Positions 1 to 10,827 of a DNA stretch of 64,000 nucleotides are shown piece by piece. The position numbers and the translations under genes were made by a program. The notes beneath the pieces are model-generated. The model ran no database searches, was not told the DNA's origin, and was given only the letters and a program-made list of their open reading frames with translations. This DNA is from an uncultured Acidimicrobiales bacterium (GTDB taxonomy: Bacteria; Actinomycetota; Acidimicrobiia; Acidimicrobiales; UBA10347), in the NCBI GenBank assembly GCA_943788915.1, contig CALSSD010000012.1, positions 1 through 64,000 of the forward strand, written 5' to 3'. Each line of letters begins with the position of its first letter. Position 1 is the first letter of the stretch.

Positions 1-38
1 AATACGGGTCTGTCGTTCGGCTGAGTCGGAGGTTTGTT

Positions 39-467
39 ATGCCTACCCGAGCAGAGTTCGAGGCAGCGGCCGACAAGTTCACGACCGCCGCGTATCTCGT
101 GGATCAGTTAGTAACGGCCGCAGCCAGCGCCGGAGCCGCTCAGATTCTGAGGGGTGGATCGTTGGGCCGCCAAGTACCGCAGCGAATCGAGGCAGCTCAA
201 CACACGGCGCGCACCTGTCACCAAACGATCATCGAAGCCGCTGATACTTGTATCGAACGCGCAGAGATCATCGCCGACTACGAGACGCTCCTTGCCAAGT
301 ACGACATTTCCTACGGCTACTTCGAACGTGCCTCGAAGGCATGGGCTGAAGAGTTCAACGCGTGGTTCCTCGACGAGACCGGCACGATCGACCAGCCTAG
401 GGATGCGCCTCATCCTCCCAGTCGGCCGACACCGCCACCCGACTGGGCTGAGGTTCGCCGACCATGA
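39..467 (+). CDS. Small helical hypothetical protein, possible WXG100-like/T7SS-associated substrate
   Basis: GGAGG RBS before the ATG; Ala-rich amphipathic helices around a central LRGG turn; Pro-rich tail; stop overlaps the FtsK start (ATGA). No canonical WxG motif. Confidence 0.5.
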   Translation: MPTRAEFEAAADKFTTAAYLVDQLVTAAASAGAAQILRGGSLGRQVPQRIEAAQHTARTCHQTIIEAADTCIERAEIIADYETLLAKYDISYGYFERASKAWAEEFNAWFLDETGTIDQPRDAPHPPSRPTPPPDWAEVRRP

Positions 468-3400
468 CCCCCGTCGGGATCCACGTATGTGACCAATCAG
501 GCGCTGCCGACGTTGTTGTGTCACTTGGAGATGACACGACGGTCGCCGACGTATTTGATGTGCTGGCGCTACCGGCACAGACCCTTGTTGACGGCCAGGC
601 GATCGCGTCGCCAGCAACGACGGCCGCACACGAAGTACTTCGTGTGGGCGCATCGCTCGGGATCAGTCAACCGCAGGGAACACCACCGCCGTCGGTCGAA
701 GGATTCGTCGACGTTGGTGTGGTGGCAGGACTTGATGCAGGCGCCAGCGTGCGACTCGGTTCAGGACTCTTTCATCTACTGCCGGATGGGGCAAGCCCCG
801 AGAGCAGTTGGTTGTTGCAAGTCGACCCTCGCGATGCGTTGTTTGGTGCACCTCGACCTTGGCATGAACAAGGGCAACACATCGAGACGCTCGAACCATG
901 TAGCGAGTCCGTCCTTGCTGTGAGTCCTCCGGTGGACCCTGAGAAAGCACTGTCACCAACTATTCACCGTCCGCCGATCGGGCGAGGTGGCGCGCCTGCG
1001 CTGCCCATCGAGGTTGGCGATGTGCCCGACGTGGTGCGAGAGCCATCACCTCTTTCGTGGGCAACGCTGCTGGCTCCGTTGCCGATCGCCTTGTTGATGG
1101 CCTTCTTCTTCCGACCACTGTTTGCGTTGTTCGCAGCGATGGGGCCGGTTATGGCACTCGGCCGTTGGTGGGAATCTCGTCGCCGCTATCGGCGAGCGCT
1201 GGCCGCTCGGGCGAGGGCGTTAGCCGATATTCGGGCCGATGTTCGCAGGCAGCTCGGGGCCCAGGCCGAGATCGAAGCGCAACGTCGTTGGCTTGAGAAC
1301 CCACACATTGCAGCCTTATGGCAACGGGCTACAGGCCAGTCGGTGCGCCTGTGGGAGCGGCGATCTGGCGCTGACGGCTTCTTACGGGCGGTCGTTGGTG
1401 TCGGAGTGGATTGTTGTCCGAGTGTTCTCGCTGAGTCCAAAGCGGTCGACGAGTTGCGGGATCTTGTCGACGCGCCGTTGCAGCTCAGAGCGGTACCCCA
1501 CACCATCGACCTGGCAGCTCACGCCGGAATCGGTATTTGCGGTCTGCGGAGTCAAGCGTTAGCAGTTGCCCGGTCGCTCGTGGTGCAACTGACCACGTTG
1601 CAGGGCCCGGCCGATCTACACCTCGGCGTACTGTGCAGCCCGTCGGCGGCTTCAGACTGGGATTGGCTCAAATGGTTGCCGCACCTCGATCAGGCCCTTG
1701 TGGGTCGGGAAGCTCGGGATGTGCTCGACGGTGTGTCGCAGATCGAAGTGGGCGAAGAAAGCGACGTTGTCACACGATTGATTGTGGTCGACGCACCTCA
1801 GTCCGATGTTGCACGACTCATTCGTGCAGCGACACGTGCGGGCAGCGAGATCCGAGTGCTTGCCGTGGGTGCATATCTGACCGAGTTGCCAGCAGTTTGC
1901 TCGACCACGGTCGTGATCCATGGGGCCACTGCGACTGCCTCTGCTTGTGCTTCGGTCGCGATAGCCGGGCGCAACGACACCGGTCCATCGATAACACCAA
2001 CGGGGATCTCTGACGCAACCGCGCAGAGTTGGGCTCGACAACTGGCTGGCCTCCATGATCCGGAGGAGCGCACCACTAGAGGCCAAAAGAGCGGCGCCGT
2101 TAGTCTGCTGCAACTCGTTGGTCGCACGGCACTCAACGAGCTGGGCGCCCGTTGGGCGGACCGTGATGCTGCAAAGTCGCCTGTTGTCACTTTGGGCGTC
2201 GGCGTTGACGGCCCGTTCCAACTGGACTTGGCCAGCGATGGACCCCATGCACTGGTGGCTGGCACAACCGGCAGCGGCAAGAGCGAGCTTCTACGATCGC
2301 TCGTGGTTGGACTTGCAGTGGACTGCCCGCCGCAACAGCTGAATTTTGTGCTCGTTGATTTTAAGGGTGGGGGAGCGTTCGACGGGGTGCGGGACCTGCC
2401 CCACGTGGTTGGGGTGATCACCGATCTCGACGAGGCACTTGTTGAGCGCGCATTGGTGAGCCTTCGGGCCGAACTTGAGCGGCGCGAACAGCTGTTCCGA
2501 GACGTTGGTGTGTCCTCGTACCAAGAAGCGGTTGCAAGTGCGGCAGAGTCAATCGCCCGACTCGTGATTGTTGTCGACGAGTTTGCAACTCTCGCTACTG
2601 ACTACAGCGAACTGATGACAGCGATCATTGACTTGGCGGCGCGTGGACGCAGCCTGGGCATGTACCTCGTGCTGGCCACACAACGACCGAGTGGGGTTGT
2701 TGATCAGAAGATTCGAGCGAACACGAATGCGCGTATTGCTCTCCGGGTGCAGGACGCCTTCGATTCACAAGACGTCGTGGGTGTCCCCGACGCAGCTCGC
2801 ATCGACCGTCAAGCGCCCGGTCGCGCCATTGTTCGTATCGGCGGCGATCGTGCTGTCGAGGTGCAGATGGCGTTCACGGGTGCACCAGACAGAAACGACG
2901 AACCATGCGTGGTGCGACCACATCGGCTTTTCAACGGTGTCGGACCAACCCAAGTTGCTCCTCGTCCTGAAGCCGCCGAAACTCGAACAGAACTCCAAGT
3001 GATCGTCGACACAATCATTGCTGTCTCTGAGTCGAGCGAAGTGTCGACACGTGCGTTGTGGGCGCCGCCACTGCCTACCATGTTGGACTGGATTGACCTC
3101 GGCACGCGTGAGCTATCAGCATCGGCTCCTGTGCCAGGTTTCGCCTTGGGACTCGCTGATCTACCAGCCGGCCAGAAGCAGTTGCCGTGGCGATGGGAGC
3201 CGTCGACAGGGCCACTTGGCATCTATGCAGCGTCGGGCGTGTGTGCAGGAAAGGCCCTCGTGTCACTGGGCGCTGCGATGGCATCGGCCACTGGACCCGA
3301 CAGCCTCTACCTGTACGTGATCGACGGCGACGCTGGCGTCACCGGTGCACTTATGAATTTGGCGCACACGGGTGCCTATATACGCAAGGGCGAGACCGAC

Positions 3401-4507
3401 CGTGTTGAACGTGTCATCCGTCTGTTCGAGGAAACGCTCGATATGCGGCGCTCTGTGCACACACCCGCCGATCCGCAGTTGGTGCTCATCATCGACAATG
3501 TCGCTGCGGTGCTCGCAATGTTCGACGACATGCAGGTGGCAGCGTTGACGGACCGTCTGGCAGCGATTGGCCGCGATGGGTCCGCACTTGGTGTCCACCT
3601 GGTGGTGAGTGCCCGCACTCCCCGCGATATCAGTCACCGAATCGCACAACAGATTCCGAATCGGTTGGCACTCGCATTGTCTGATCCCAGCGGATACCTG
3701 GCGCTAGGTATCAAACTCCGGGAAGTAGTGCCATTATCAGCGATGCGAGCTATCGACGTGCAAACCCGTCACATTGTCCAGCTCGTCGAACCGCCGGCTC
3801 TGGCGAGTTGGTCGACCAGTAACCCCGAGATCGCCCGAAGTGCGCCCGGTGTTTACTCATTTCCGGTGTCACTCGGCTTTGCAGAGCTTGAACCTGCGGC
3901 CACTAGCGCCGATGGAACATTGCATATTCCCGTTGGGATCGATTCGGAGGACTTGGATCAAGCGGAGCTCATTCTTCGCCCCGCTGAACATGCACTGGTG
4001 GTGGGCGCTCCCGGGATGGGGCGATCAACAACAGCTGCGGTCATCACCAGGCAACTTGACCGAGGGGGCGTGCAGACTGTCCGTGTTGCGCCATACCGGT
4101 CACCGCTCACAGCATCGGATAACCCGGGCCAACTCCTCGACACCGTTGGTTCCATCGAAGAGTTGATGCACGCCAACCAACGCACAGTCATCGTGGTAGA
4201 CGATGCTGAGTCACTGACCGCGGACATGGCAGCGGCACTTGAACAACTCATCGATCATCGGAACGAATGTGTGCACGTCGTGGCGGCAACGACCATCGAC
4301 GCAGCCCGGAGCACACGTTCATGGACGGCAAGGATTCGGTCAGGCGGTACCGGGATCCTGATTGGTGGTGCACGTTCCGATGGTGAGATATTTAAGGTCC
4401 GACTGGGGCGCCTAGACGGACGGGGCGTGGTCGCTGGTCGAGGGAATCTGATTGTGCGTGGCCGCACACTTGGCGTCCAGCTCTCTGGTCTGAATGCAGT
4501 GGCGTGA
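464..4507 (+). CDS. FtsK/SpoIIIE-domain ATPase, EccC/EssC-like (type VII secretion-type)
   Basis: 1347 aa; TM hairpin (WATLLAPLPIALLMAFFF...); DGPHALVAGTTGSGKSELL Walker A; VVDEF Walker B; GRSLGMYLVLATQRP; two further degenerate ATPase domains (last Walker A GAPGMGRS). Confidence 0.85.
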   Translation: MTPVGIHVCDQSGAADVVVSLGDDTTVADVFDVLALPAQTLVDGQAIASPATTAAHEVLRVGASLGISQPQGTPPPSVEGFVDVGVVAGLDAGASVRLGSGLFHLLPDGASPESSWLLQVDPRDALFGAPRPWHEQGQHIETLEPCSESVLAVSPPVDPEKALSPTIHRPPIGRGGAPALPIEVGDVPDVVREPSPLSWATLLAPLPIALLMAFFFRPLFALFAAMGPVMALGRWWESRRRYRRALAARARALADIRADVRRQLGAQAEIEAQRRWLENPHIAALWQRATGQSVRLWERRSGADGFLRAVVGVGVDCCPSVLAESKAVDELRDLVDAPLQLRAVPHTIDLAAHAGIGICGLRSQALAVARSLVVQLTTLQGPADLHLGVLCSPSAASDWDWLKWLPHLDQALVGREARDVLDGVSQIEVGEESDVVTRLIVVDAPQSDVARLIRAATRAGSEIRVLAVGAYLTELPAVCSTTVVIHGATATASACASVAIAGRNDTGPSITPTGISDATAQSWARQLAGLHDPEERTTRGQKSGAVSLLQLVGRTALNELGARWADRDAAKSPVVTLGVGVDGPFQLDLASDGPHALVAGTTGSGKSELLRSLVVGLAVDCPPQQLNFVLVDFKGGGAFDGVRDLPHVVGVITDLDEALVERALVSLRAELERREQLFRDVGVSSYQEAVASAAESIARLVIVVDEFATLATDYSELMTAIIDLAARGRSLGMYLVLATQRPSGVVDQKIRANTNARIALRVQDAFDSQDVVGVPDAARIDRQAPGRAIVRIGGDRAVEVQMAFTGAPDRNDEPCVVRPHRLFNGVGPTQVAPRPEAAETRTELQVIVDTIIAVSESSEVSTRALWAPPLPTMLDWIDLGTRELSASAPVPGFALGLADLPAGQKQLPWRWEPSTGPLGIYAASGVCAGKALVSLGAAMASATGPDSLYLYVIDGDAGVTGALMNLAHTGAYIRKGETDRVERVIRLFEETLDMRRSVHTPADPQLVLIIDNVAAVLAMFDDMQVAALTDRLAAIGRDGSALGVHLVVSARTPRDISHRIAQQIPNRLALALSDPSGYLALGIKLREVVPLSAMRAIDVQTRHIVQLVEPPALASWSTSNPEIARSAPGVYSFPVSLGFAELEPAATSADGTLHIPVGIDSEDLDQAELILRPAEHALVVGAPGMGRSTTAAVITRQLDRGGVQTVRVAPYRSPLTASDNPGQLLDTVGSIEELMHANQRTVIVVDDAESLTADMAAALEQLIDHRNECVHVVAATTIDAARSTRSWTARIRSGGTGILIGGARSDGEIFKVRLGRLDGRGVVAGRGNLIVRGRTLGVQLSGLNAVA

Positions 4508-4531
4508 CTGGTCTGGCTACTATGGCCAGCA

Positions 4532-4816
4532 GTGGATGAAATCGAATGGTTGAATACGGACGAGGCAGCCAAGCGTCTGGGTATCACGACGCGCACGTTG
4601 TATCGGTTCATGGATCAAGGACGGCTGCCGTCGTACCGCTTCGGCCGAGTGTTTCGACTCAAAACGAGCGACATCGAACTATTCATCGAAGACTGTCGGG
4701 TCGAACCTGGCACACTAAGCCACTTGTACCCCGAGCCGAACCCAGCAGAAGCTGACGACGGCGAACAATCAAGTGACGGCACCCCAGGCAATACAGACAC
4801 GAACGAAGAGGGCTGA
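4532..4816 (+). CDS. Excisionase/BldC-like HTH_17 DNA-binding protein
   Basis: WLNTDEAAKRLGITTRTLYRFMDQGRLPSYRFGRVFRL fits the MerR-like HTH_17 pattern; GTG start. Confidence 0.85.
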   Translation: MDEIEWLNTDEAAKRLGITTRTLYRFMDQGRLPSYRFGRVFRLKTSDIELFIEDCRVEPGTLSHLYPEPNPAEADDGEQSSDGTPGNTDTNEEG

Positions 4817-4868
4817 CGCTCATTTCTCCTCAACGTGTCCAAGCCCATGCCGGCCGATGGATGAAGCG

Positions 4869-5864
4869 ATGACAATAGCGCCTGTACGACTCACCGTCCC
4901 GGGCAATCATCTGATGCCTGGCCTTCTTGGCCAGAGCGACGAGTGGCTCGAAGCAATCGAAAAACGGTTCCCCGAAACCGACATATTTGTTCGCGGCAAT
5001 GAAATCACTGTCAGCGGTACACAGGCCGACACGGTTGCTCGTCTCTTTGAAGAGATGATCATGCTGTTGCAACGCGGGCTCTCGATCGACGCCGCCAACC
5101 TCAGGTTGTCGATTGACATGGTTGCTGCCGACGAAAATCCAAGCGATGTCCTGACGGTTGACATTCTGAAGTCATCGCGTGGCGGACGTATCCGGCCAAA
5201 GACTGCTGGCCAGAAGCGTTATGTCGAAGCAATCCAGCGCAACACGATTACCTTCGGTATCGGCCCCGCTGGTACTGGCAAGAGCTGGCTCGCCGTAGCG
5301 ATGGCAATTCAGGCGCTTCAGAATAAGGAAGTCGAACGAATCGTCCTGACCAGGCCAGCGGTCGAAGCTGGTGAACGCCTTGGTTTCTTGCCTGGCGACT
5401 TGATGGCCAAAATTGATCCGTATCTTCGGCCGCTGTACGACGCGCTGTACGACATGGTCGACCTCGAAGGAGCCGAGCGGCTCCAAGAGCGTGGTGTGAT
5501 CGAAGTCGCACCTTTGGCCTTCATGCGCGGTCGCACGTTGAACAACAGCTTCATCATTCTGGACGAGGCACAGAACACCACGCCCGAGCAGATGAAGATG
5601 TTCCTGACCCGTATCGGGTTTGGCAGCAAGGTCGTTGTCACCGGAGATGCAACCCAGATCGATGTGCCCGATGGGCGCAGCGGGCTCAACAAACTTGAAC
5701 CCATGCTGCGAGGTATTGACAGCCTCGAGTTCGTGTTACTTAGCAGCCGAGATGTTGTGCGACACAGCATCGTGAGCGCGATTATCGATGCATACACGGA
5801 AAACGATGAAAAGAAACTCAAGGACGCCGCGGCAGCCAAGGAGCGCAGACGAAATGCGAGCTGA
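4869..5864 (+). CDS. phoH: PhoH-family ATPase
   Basis: GPAGTGKS, RPAVEAGERLGFLPG, FMRGRT and LDEAQN motifs; start moved to ATG 4869; precedes ybeY. Confidence 0.95.
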   Translation: MTIAPVRLTVPGNHLMPGLLGQSDEWLEAIEKRFPETDIFVRGNEITVSGTQADTVARLFEEMIMLLQRGLSIDAANLRLSIDMVAADENPSDVLTVDILKSSRGGRIRPKTAGQKRYVEAIQRNTITFGIGPAGTGKSWLAVAMAIQALQNKEVERIVLTRPAVEAGERLGFLPGDLMAKIDPYLRPLYDALYDMVDLEGAERLQERGVIEVAPLAFMRGRTLNNSFIILDEAQNTTPEQMKMFLTRIGFGSKVVVTGDATQIDVPDGRSGLNKLEPMLRGIDSLEFVLLSSRDVVRHSIVSAIIDAYTENDEKKLKDAAAAKERRRNAS

Positions 5865-5893
5865 TGGGGCACCGCTGAACGGGACACACCAGA

Positions 5894-6415
5894 GTGGCAA
5901 ACGTGAGCGGCAGTAGCTCGCCTGCTGGCTCGACTCGCGTCCACGTCGACGTAGATGACCGGCAGCAGGCGCACCAGTTCGATATCGACCATCTGGTCGC
6001 GCTGTTGGCGTCCACGCTTGCAGCGCAACACGACCCGCTCCAAGCCGGGCCTGGGCAAGTCTCTGCTGTTGAGCAGGAAGCCGAAGTAGGGCTTGCCTTC
6101 ATCTCACTCCATGAGATGGCCGAGCTCAATACCGCACATATGGGCGGGTCCGGGCCAACTGACGTTCTCGCCTTTCCCATCGATGGGGTAGCGCCTGCTG
6201 GCTCGATTCCCGCAGGACAACCAGCGATGTTCGGCGACATCGTGATTTGTCCCGCTATGGCCGACCGAGCGCCGCAGTCCCTGGCCGATGAGCTTGCACT
6301 GCTCGTGGTGCACGGGGCTCTCCATCTGTTGGGCCATGACCACGCCGAGCCCGATGAGGCAGCGCTGATGAAAGGGCTCGAGCAAGAGATGCTCGAGCAG
6401 TTCCACAAATCATGA
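5894..6415 (+). CDS. ybeY: rRNA maturation endoribonuclease YbeY
   Basis: PTDVLAFP and HGALHLLGHDH zinc motif; conserved position after phoH. Confidence 0.95.
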   Translation: MANVSGSSSPAGSTRVHVDVDDRQQAHQFDIDHLVALLASTLAAQHDPLQAGPGQVSAVEQEAEVGLAFISLHEMAELNTAHMGGSGPTDVLAFPIDGVAPAGSIPAGQPAMFGDIVICPAMADRAPQSLADELALLVVHGALHLLGHDHAEPDEAALMKGLEQEMLEQFHKS

Positions 6416-7728
6416 GCACCACCGTGTTGGTGTTGCTTTGTGTCGCGACCCTGATTCTCGTTGGAGCTGCGTCGGTCGTTGCTGCGGCGGAGACAGCATT
6501 CACTCGGGTGAGTCGCAGCCGGGCCGACGCACTGGTCGCTGCCGAAGCCGAGGATCACCAAGACGACGACGACGCCGATGATCGGGTCGAAGAGTTCCAA
6601 GGGTTCTCTCGGCGGCCTCTCACGATGTTGACGTCGCTTACGTTTGTCCAGCTGTCTCTTCAGTTCGCTGCGGCTGCGCTGATGTTCACGATCGGCCGCG
6701 AAATCGGGGGCCGCGCCGGCGGTTACGTCGCAGTCGCGATCTGCCTGTTTGTGCTCCTGTCGGCTGTCGGTCTCAGTCGCAGCAGGGCGTTGTTGGCACC
6801 CGACGCCACGGCTGTAGGACTCGTACCAATCCTGAAAGCAGTGGCACCGCTAGGCGTGTTTACCGGTGTGATCGTGCGAGCAGCTCGACGGTCGTCCTCG
6901 GCGACAGTGCCGGATCCCGATGTTGACGAACAACAAGTTCTGGCCATTGTTGGACAGACAGCGGCAATCGATCATGACGAAGAAGAATTGATCAAACGAG
7001 TGGTCGCTTTCGACGACACCCTCGTTGTCGACATCATGACGCCGCGGACAGATGTGATTACGTTGAGATCGGGTTTTGCGGTGGGTGATGCGTTGGAGGT
7101 TGCCACGCTGCACGGCCTAAGTCGTATCCCAGTAACGGGCCCCGACTCGGCAATCGACGACATCATCGGCGCGGTTCATGTCAAGGATCTCATTGGCGCA
7201 CATCTCGATGGGAAGACAACGCACGACATCGATATCTGGCTTCGAGATGCGCCGGTCGTGCCGGAAACGCAGCGGATTGCAAACCTGCTGGTTGGACTGC
7301 AGACCGGGGATCTTCACATGGCGATCGTGGTCGACGAACACGGCGGGGTCGCTGGAGTGGTCACGCTCGAAGACATCCTTGAAGAGATCGTTGGCGAGAT
7401 CGAGGATGAGTTTGACCGAGCCGAACCATTGGTCGAGGTGGTCGATGAACATACCGTCCGAGCCGACGGCCGAGCCGAGATCGGCCGGATCGAAGAGGCG
7501 CTCGGTGTCACCTTGCCGCCGGGGGACTATCGGACGCTCGGGGGTTGTGTCTTCAGCGGACTGGGTAGGGTGCCGGTGGTCGGCGACGTGCTCGTGCTCG
7601 ATGAGCTTGATCTGGAGTTCGAAGTCATGCGTATGCACGGACGTCGGATTGCTGATCTGCATCTGCGGCGATCGGCGCCTTTCGCCGTGTCGCTAGCTGC
7701 CTCCTCACCTGAAGAAACGTTCTCATGA
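6412..7728 (+). CDS. Hemolysin-family/CorC transporter-associated protein (DUF21 + CBS pair + CorC_HlyC)
   Basis: N-terminal TM with AAETA; IMTPR; SRIPV; VVDEHGGVAGVVTLEDILEEIVGEIEDEFD. Confidence 0.9.
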   Translation: MSTTVLVLLCVATLILVGAASVVAAAETAFTRVSRSRADALVAAEAEDHQDDDDADDRVEEFQGFSRRPLTMLTSLTFVQLSLQFAAAALMFTIGREIGGRAGGYVAVAICLFVLLSAVGLSRSRALLAPDATAVGLVPILKAVAPLGVFTGVIVRAARRSSSATVPDPDVDEQQVLAIVGQTAAIDHDEEELIKRVVAFDDTLVVDIMTPRTDVITLRSGFAVGDALEVATLHGLSRIPVTGPDSAIDDIIGAVHVKDLIGAHLDGKTTHDIDIWLRDAPVVPETQRIANLLVGLQTGDLHMAIVVDEHGGVAGVVTLEDILEEIVGEIEDEFDRAEPLVEVVDEHTVRADGRAEIGRIEEALGVTLPPGDYRTLGGCVFSGLGRVPVVGDVLVLDELDLEFEVMRMHGRRIADLHLRRSAPFAVSLAASSPEETFS

Positions 7729-8714
7729 CACCCCCAGCATCCGACCCATCCGAAGCTTCCGACCCGTTTGCCGAACCTGTCGACCCTGACCTTGTCGCAT
7801 CTGCCGAGGACGGTTCCACCGAGGACGCAGCGCCCGAGTTCGTGCACTTGGGGCCCGATGGTGAACCGTTCCGGAGCGGCTTCGTATCGTTCGTCGGCCG
7901 TCCTAATGCTGGTAAATCGACCCTGCTGAACAACATCTTGAAGAGCAAGGTTGCCATTGTCTCGAACAAGCCGCAGACCACTCGGACGCAGGTGCGTGGT
8001 GTCCTGCATCGACCTGGTCTCCAGGTCGTGTTCGTAGACACTCCCGGGATCCACAAGGCAGTTTCGCCGCTGGGTACCAGACTGAACGAGAGTGCCACCG
8101 CCACGATCGGCGATGTCGACGTCACTTGTTTGGTCGTCGACGGACTTGCGCCGTTCGGCCGAGGCGATCAGTACATCGCTGACAAGATGCCGAAGAACTC
8201 GATTGTCATCATCAACAAGATCGACCGAGCAAACCGTGAGCAGGTACTCACTCAGCTTGCGGCCACGTCTGACCTGCATTTCGACGAGTACTTCCCGGTA
8301 AGTGCAAAGAGTGGTGAAGGTGTGGACCGGTTGGTCGACTATCTGATTAGTCGTATGCCCGAAGGGCCGCCGTATTACCCCGAAGACATGCTCAGCGATG
8401 TGCCTGAACCAACCCAGGTTGCTGAGCTGGTGCGTGAGCAGCTGTTTATCCATACGCGCCAAGAGTTGCCGTATTCGATCGCAACTCGGGTCACCGAATG
8501 GGAATGGCCTCGCATCCGGTGTGAGATTTTGGTCGAACGCGACAGCCAAAAGGGCATGGTCATCGGCAAAGGCGGAAGCCTGTTGAAGCGTGTCGGTATT
8601 GCCGTCCGCGAGCAGTTACCTGAGGGCGCTTTTATCGAACTTCATGTCACGGTCGACAAGGACTGGCAGCGCAAGATGGATCGCATCGAACAACTGGGTT
8701 ACGGCGAGACCTAA
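7725..8714 (+). CDS. era: GTPase Era
   Basis: GRPNAGKSTL, PQTTR, DTPG, NKID; KH domain VIGKGG. Confidence 0.97.
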   Translation: MTPPASDPSEASDPFAEPVDPDLVASAEDGSTEDAAPEFVHLGPDGEPFRSGFVSFVGRPNAGKSTLLNNILKSKVAIVSNKPQTTRTQVRGVLHRPGLQVVFVDTPGIHKAVSPLGTRLNESATATIGDVDVTCLVVDGLAPFGRGDQYIADKMPKNSIVIINKIDRANREQVLTQLAATSDLHFDEYFPVSAKSGEGVDRLVDYLISRMPEGPPYYPEDMLSDVPEPTQVAELVREQLFIHTRQELPYSIATRVTEWEWPRIRCEILVERDSQKGMVIGKGGSLLKRVGIAVREQLPEGAFIELHVTVDKDWQRKMDRIEQLGYGET

Positions 8715-8806
8715 ACCAGCAAGATGGTCACCCACCCCACATGATTTGAGACGTTCGTTGTACTGAGCAGGTCGAATGCCACAGACTTGGTAAGGGCACG
8801 CAGAAG

Positions 8807-10732
8807 TTACGCGTCGTCCAGCGCAGAGGCGTCGGTACCAGAGGCGCCTACCGCGGCAATCGTGCGCAGCCGTTCCATGGCGACTTCGGGGTCACTGGTA
8901 CGAGTGAAGTCCGGCAGTGCGTTGATGAGATCCCAGCGATAGGACTTCTTGGTCGATAGTCGCGAGTCGAGAACCGCCACGACACCTTGGTCACTCTTGG
9001 ACCGGATGAGCCGTCCTGCGCCCTGGGCGAGCAACGTCGACGCGCGTGGTAAATCGATCAGCTTGAATGCGTGCCTGCCAGCAAGGTCCCGGCGGGCTGA
9101 CAACAACGGATCGTCGGGCCGTGGGAACGGAAGCCGATCGATCGTTACCAACGACAGGGAGGGTCCAGGGATGTCTATGCCTTGCCAGAAGCCGAGCGTG
9201 GCCAGAAGCGAGGTTGCCGGATCTTCCTTGAACTTCTCGATCAGGACTGGCTTGGGGTAGTCGCGTTGGGTCAAGATTGGGGTCTTGATGTACGTCTCAA
9301 GGAATTCAGCTGCGGCGTCCATCATCCGGTAACTGGTGAACAGACCAAGGGTGCGCCCGCCAGCAGAGCTCATTAGTTCCACCAAGTGGGTGAGCATGGC
9401 CCTCTCGTACTCGGGCGAGCGAGGTTCGGGCAGATGTTTCGCGCAGTAGAGCAGTGCATTGTTCGGGTAGTCGAACGGGCTGTCGACATCGATGCGATCG
9501 TGTTCGTCTTCTTCGAGACCAACAGCAGCGGCGGTGGCCTGCGGCAGGGTGGCGCTCGTCAAGATCGCGGTTCTGTTCTCGACCAGCACCGGTCCGAGCA
9601 TCGAGGCAACGTCGAGCGGGGCCACCTGAAGCGTGGTTTCGTTACCGGAGCGTTCGACCCAGGCGACGTTAGAAGCGTCTAGAGCGGAGGCCTCGATGAG
9701 CTCGCCCAACAGCGATAGGCCCGCCTGCTCGGCCCGCAACCTTCGGGCGTCGGCGTCGCTGTCTTTGCCCTTCGGCACCCCCCGTAGTTTCTCGACGGTG
9801 GTGTTCACCCGGTCCCGGGCACGGTCCAAGGCGATCGCGATGTCTTCGACACCGCCAGGGGGGAGCCGTTCGCCGACGTACGGCTCGAGTGCGTCGCTCA
9901 GGTCGTCGCCGACGTCGCGGAGCTTGTCGATCATCTCCGGGTCCACCAGTATGCGATCGGCAGTGCCAGCGAACCATCGCATTCTTGCGCCGTTGATGCT
10001 GGAGCCGAAGCTGCTGGTTGCTATGTCGTCGAGTTGGTGGGCTTCGTCGATGACGACGATGTCGTGCTCGGGGAGTATTCCTTGTTCTGCTCGCATATCT
10101 GTAGCCAGCAGGTGGGTGTTCACGACAATGACATCGACTGCATTCGCACGATCTCTGGCCATTTCGGCGAAGCAGTTGTCTCCGCTTGGGCACTTGTTAC
10201 GACCAGGACATTCCTTGCTGGTGACACTTACTGCGCTCCAGCTGGCAGGGCTTGGTTCGAAGTCGAGCTCGGCTCGGTCACCGGTCGAGGACGTGTCGCT
10301 GAACTCGACAAGTTTCTCGACCTCGTCTTCGTTGTGTGCGCTGGTTCCAGCAAGCGAGAGTTGTGCATCGTTTGAGAACTCGTTCACTCGTTGTCGACAT
10401 ACGTAGTTGTTTCGACCCTTCAGCACAGCCCAGCTGAATGGTTTCTCAAGCTGGCTTCGCAGATGGGGCAGTTCGGTCGTGGCAATCTGATCTTGCAGCG
10501 CCTTGGTAGCGGTAGCGATGACGGTCTTCTTGCCGCTCAAGATCACGGGGATCAGGTAGGCGAGCGATTTGCCCGTTCCGGTACCGGCTTGGGCAATCAG
10601 ATGGCGTTCATTCTCGATGGCTTCGGCGACGGCATTGAGCATGTCGACCTGGCCCTGGCGGCTTTCGCCACCCGCTGGCAGCGCTGCGGTTACATGATGC
10701 AGGGCTTCAGCTGCGGTGTCGGCCAGAGACAT
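8807..10732 (-). CDS. ATP-dependent DNA helicase, DinG/YoaA family
   Basis: AGTGTGKS, KGRNNYVC, Cys cluster (C-x4-C-x5-C), DEAH, SATL, LFTSY, QGAGRLIR; start set to ATG 10732 to avoid overlap with uppS. Confidence 0.92.
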   Translation of the reverse strand: MSLADTAAEALHHVTAALPAGGESRQGQVDMLNAVAEAIENERHLIAQAGTGTGKSLAYLIPVILSGKKTVIATATKALQDQIATTELPHLRSQLEKPFSWAVLKGRNNYVCRQRVNEFSNDAQLSLAGTSAHNEDEVEKLVEFSDTSSTGDRAELDFEPSPASWSAVSVTSKECPGRNKCPSGDNCFAEMARDRANAVDVIVVNTHLLATDMRAEQGILPEHDIVVIDEAHQLDDIATSSFGSSINGARMRWFAGTADRILVDPEMIDKLRDVGDDLSDALEPYVGERLPPGGVEDIAIALDRARDRVNTTVEKLRGVPKGKDSDADARRLRAEQAGLSLLGELIEASALDASNVAWVERSGNETTLQVAPLDVASMLGPVLVENRTAILTSATLPQATAAAVGLEEDEHDRIDVDSPFDYPNNALLYCAKHLPEPRSPEYERAMLTHLVELMSSAGGRTLGLFTSYRMMDAAAEFLETYIKTPILTQRDYPKPVLIEKFKEDPATSLLATLGFWQGIDIPGPSLSLVTIDRLPFPRPDDPLLSARRDLAGRHAFKLIDLPRASTLLAQGAGRLIRSKSDQGVVAVLDSRLSTKKSYRWDLINALPDFTRTSDPEVAMERLRTIAAVGASGTDASALDDA

Positions 10733-10827
10733 AACTCGTGACGATACCGGTTTGGGTGGTGGTGAGTAGGGACGGTTCCTGGTCGAGGTTCCCTCCCTTC
10801 TGGGCTGCGGCGGTGTAGACAAGGGAG

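Noticed and set aside
6558..6582. GAC triplet run as a repeat element
   Set aside because: It simply encodes an Asp-rich loop in the hemolysin-family protein.
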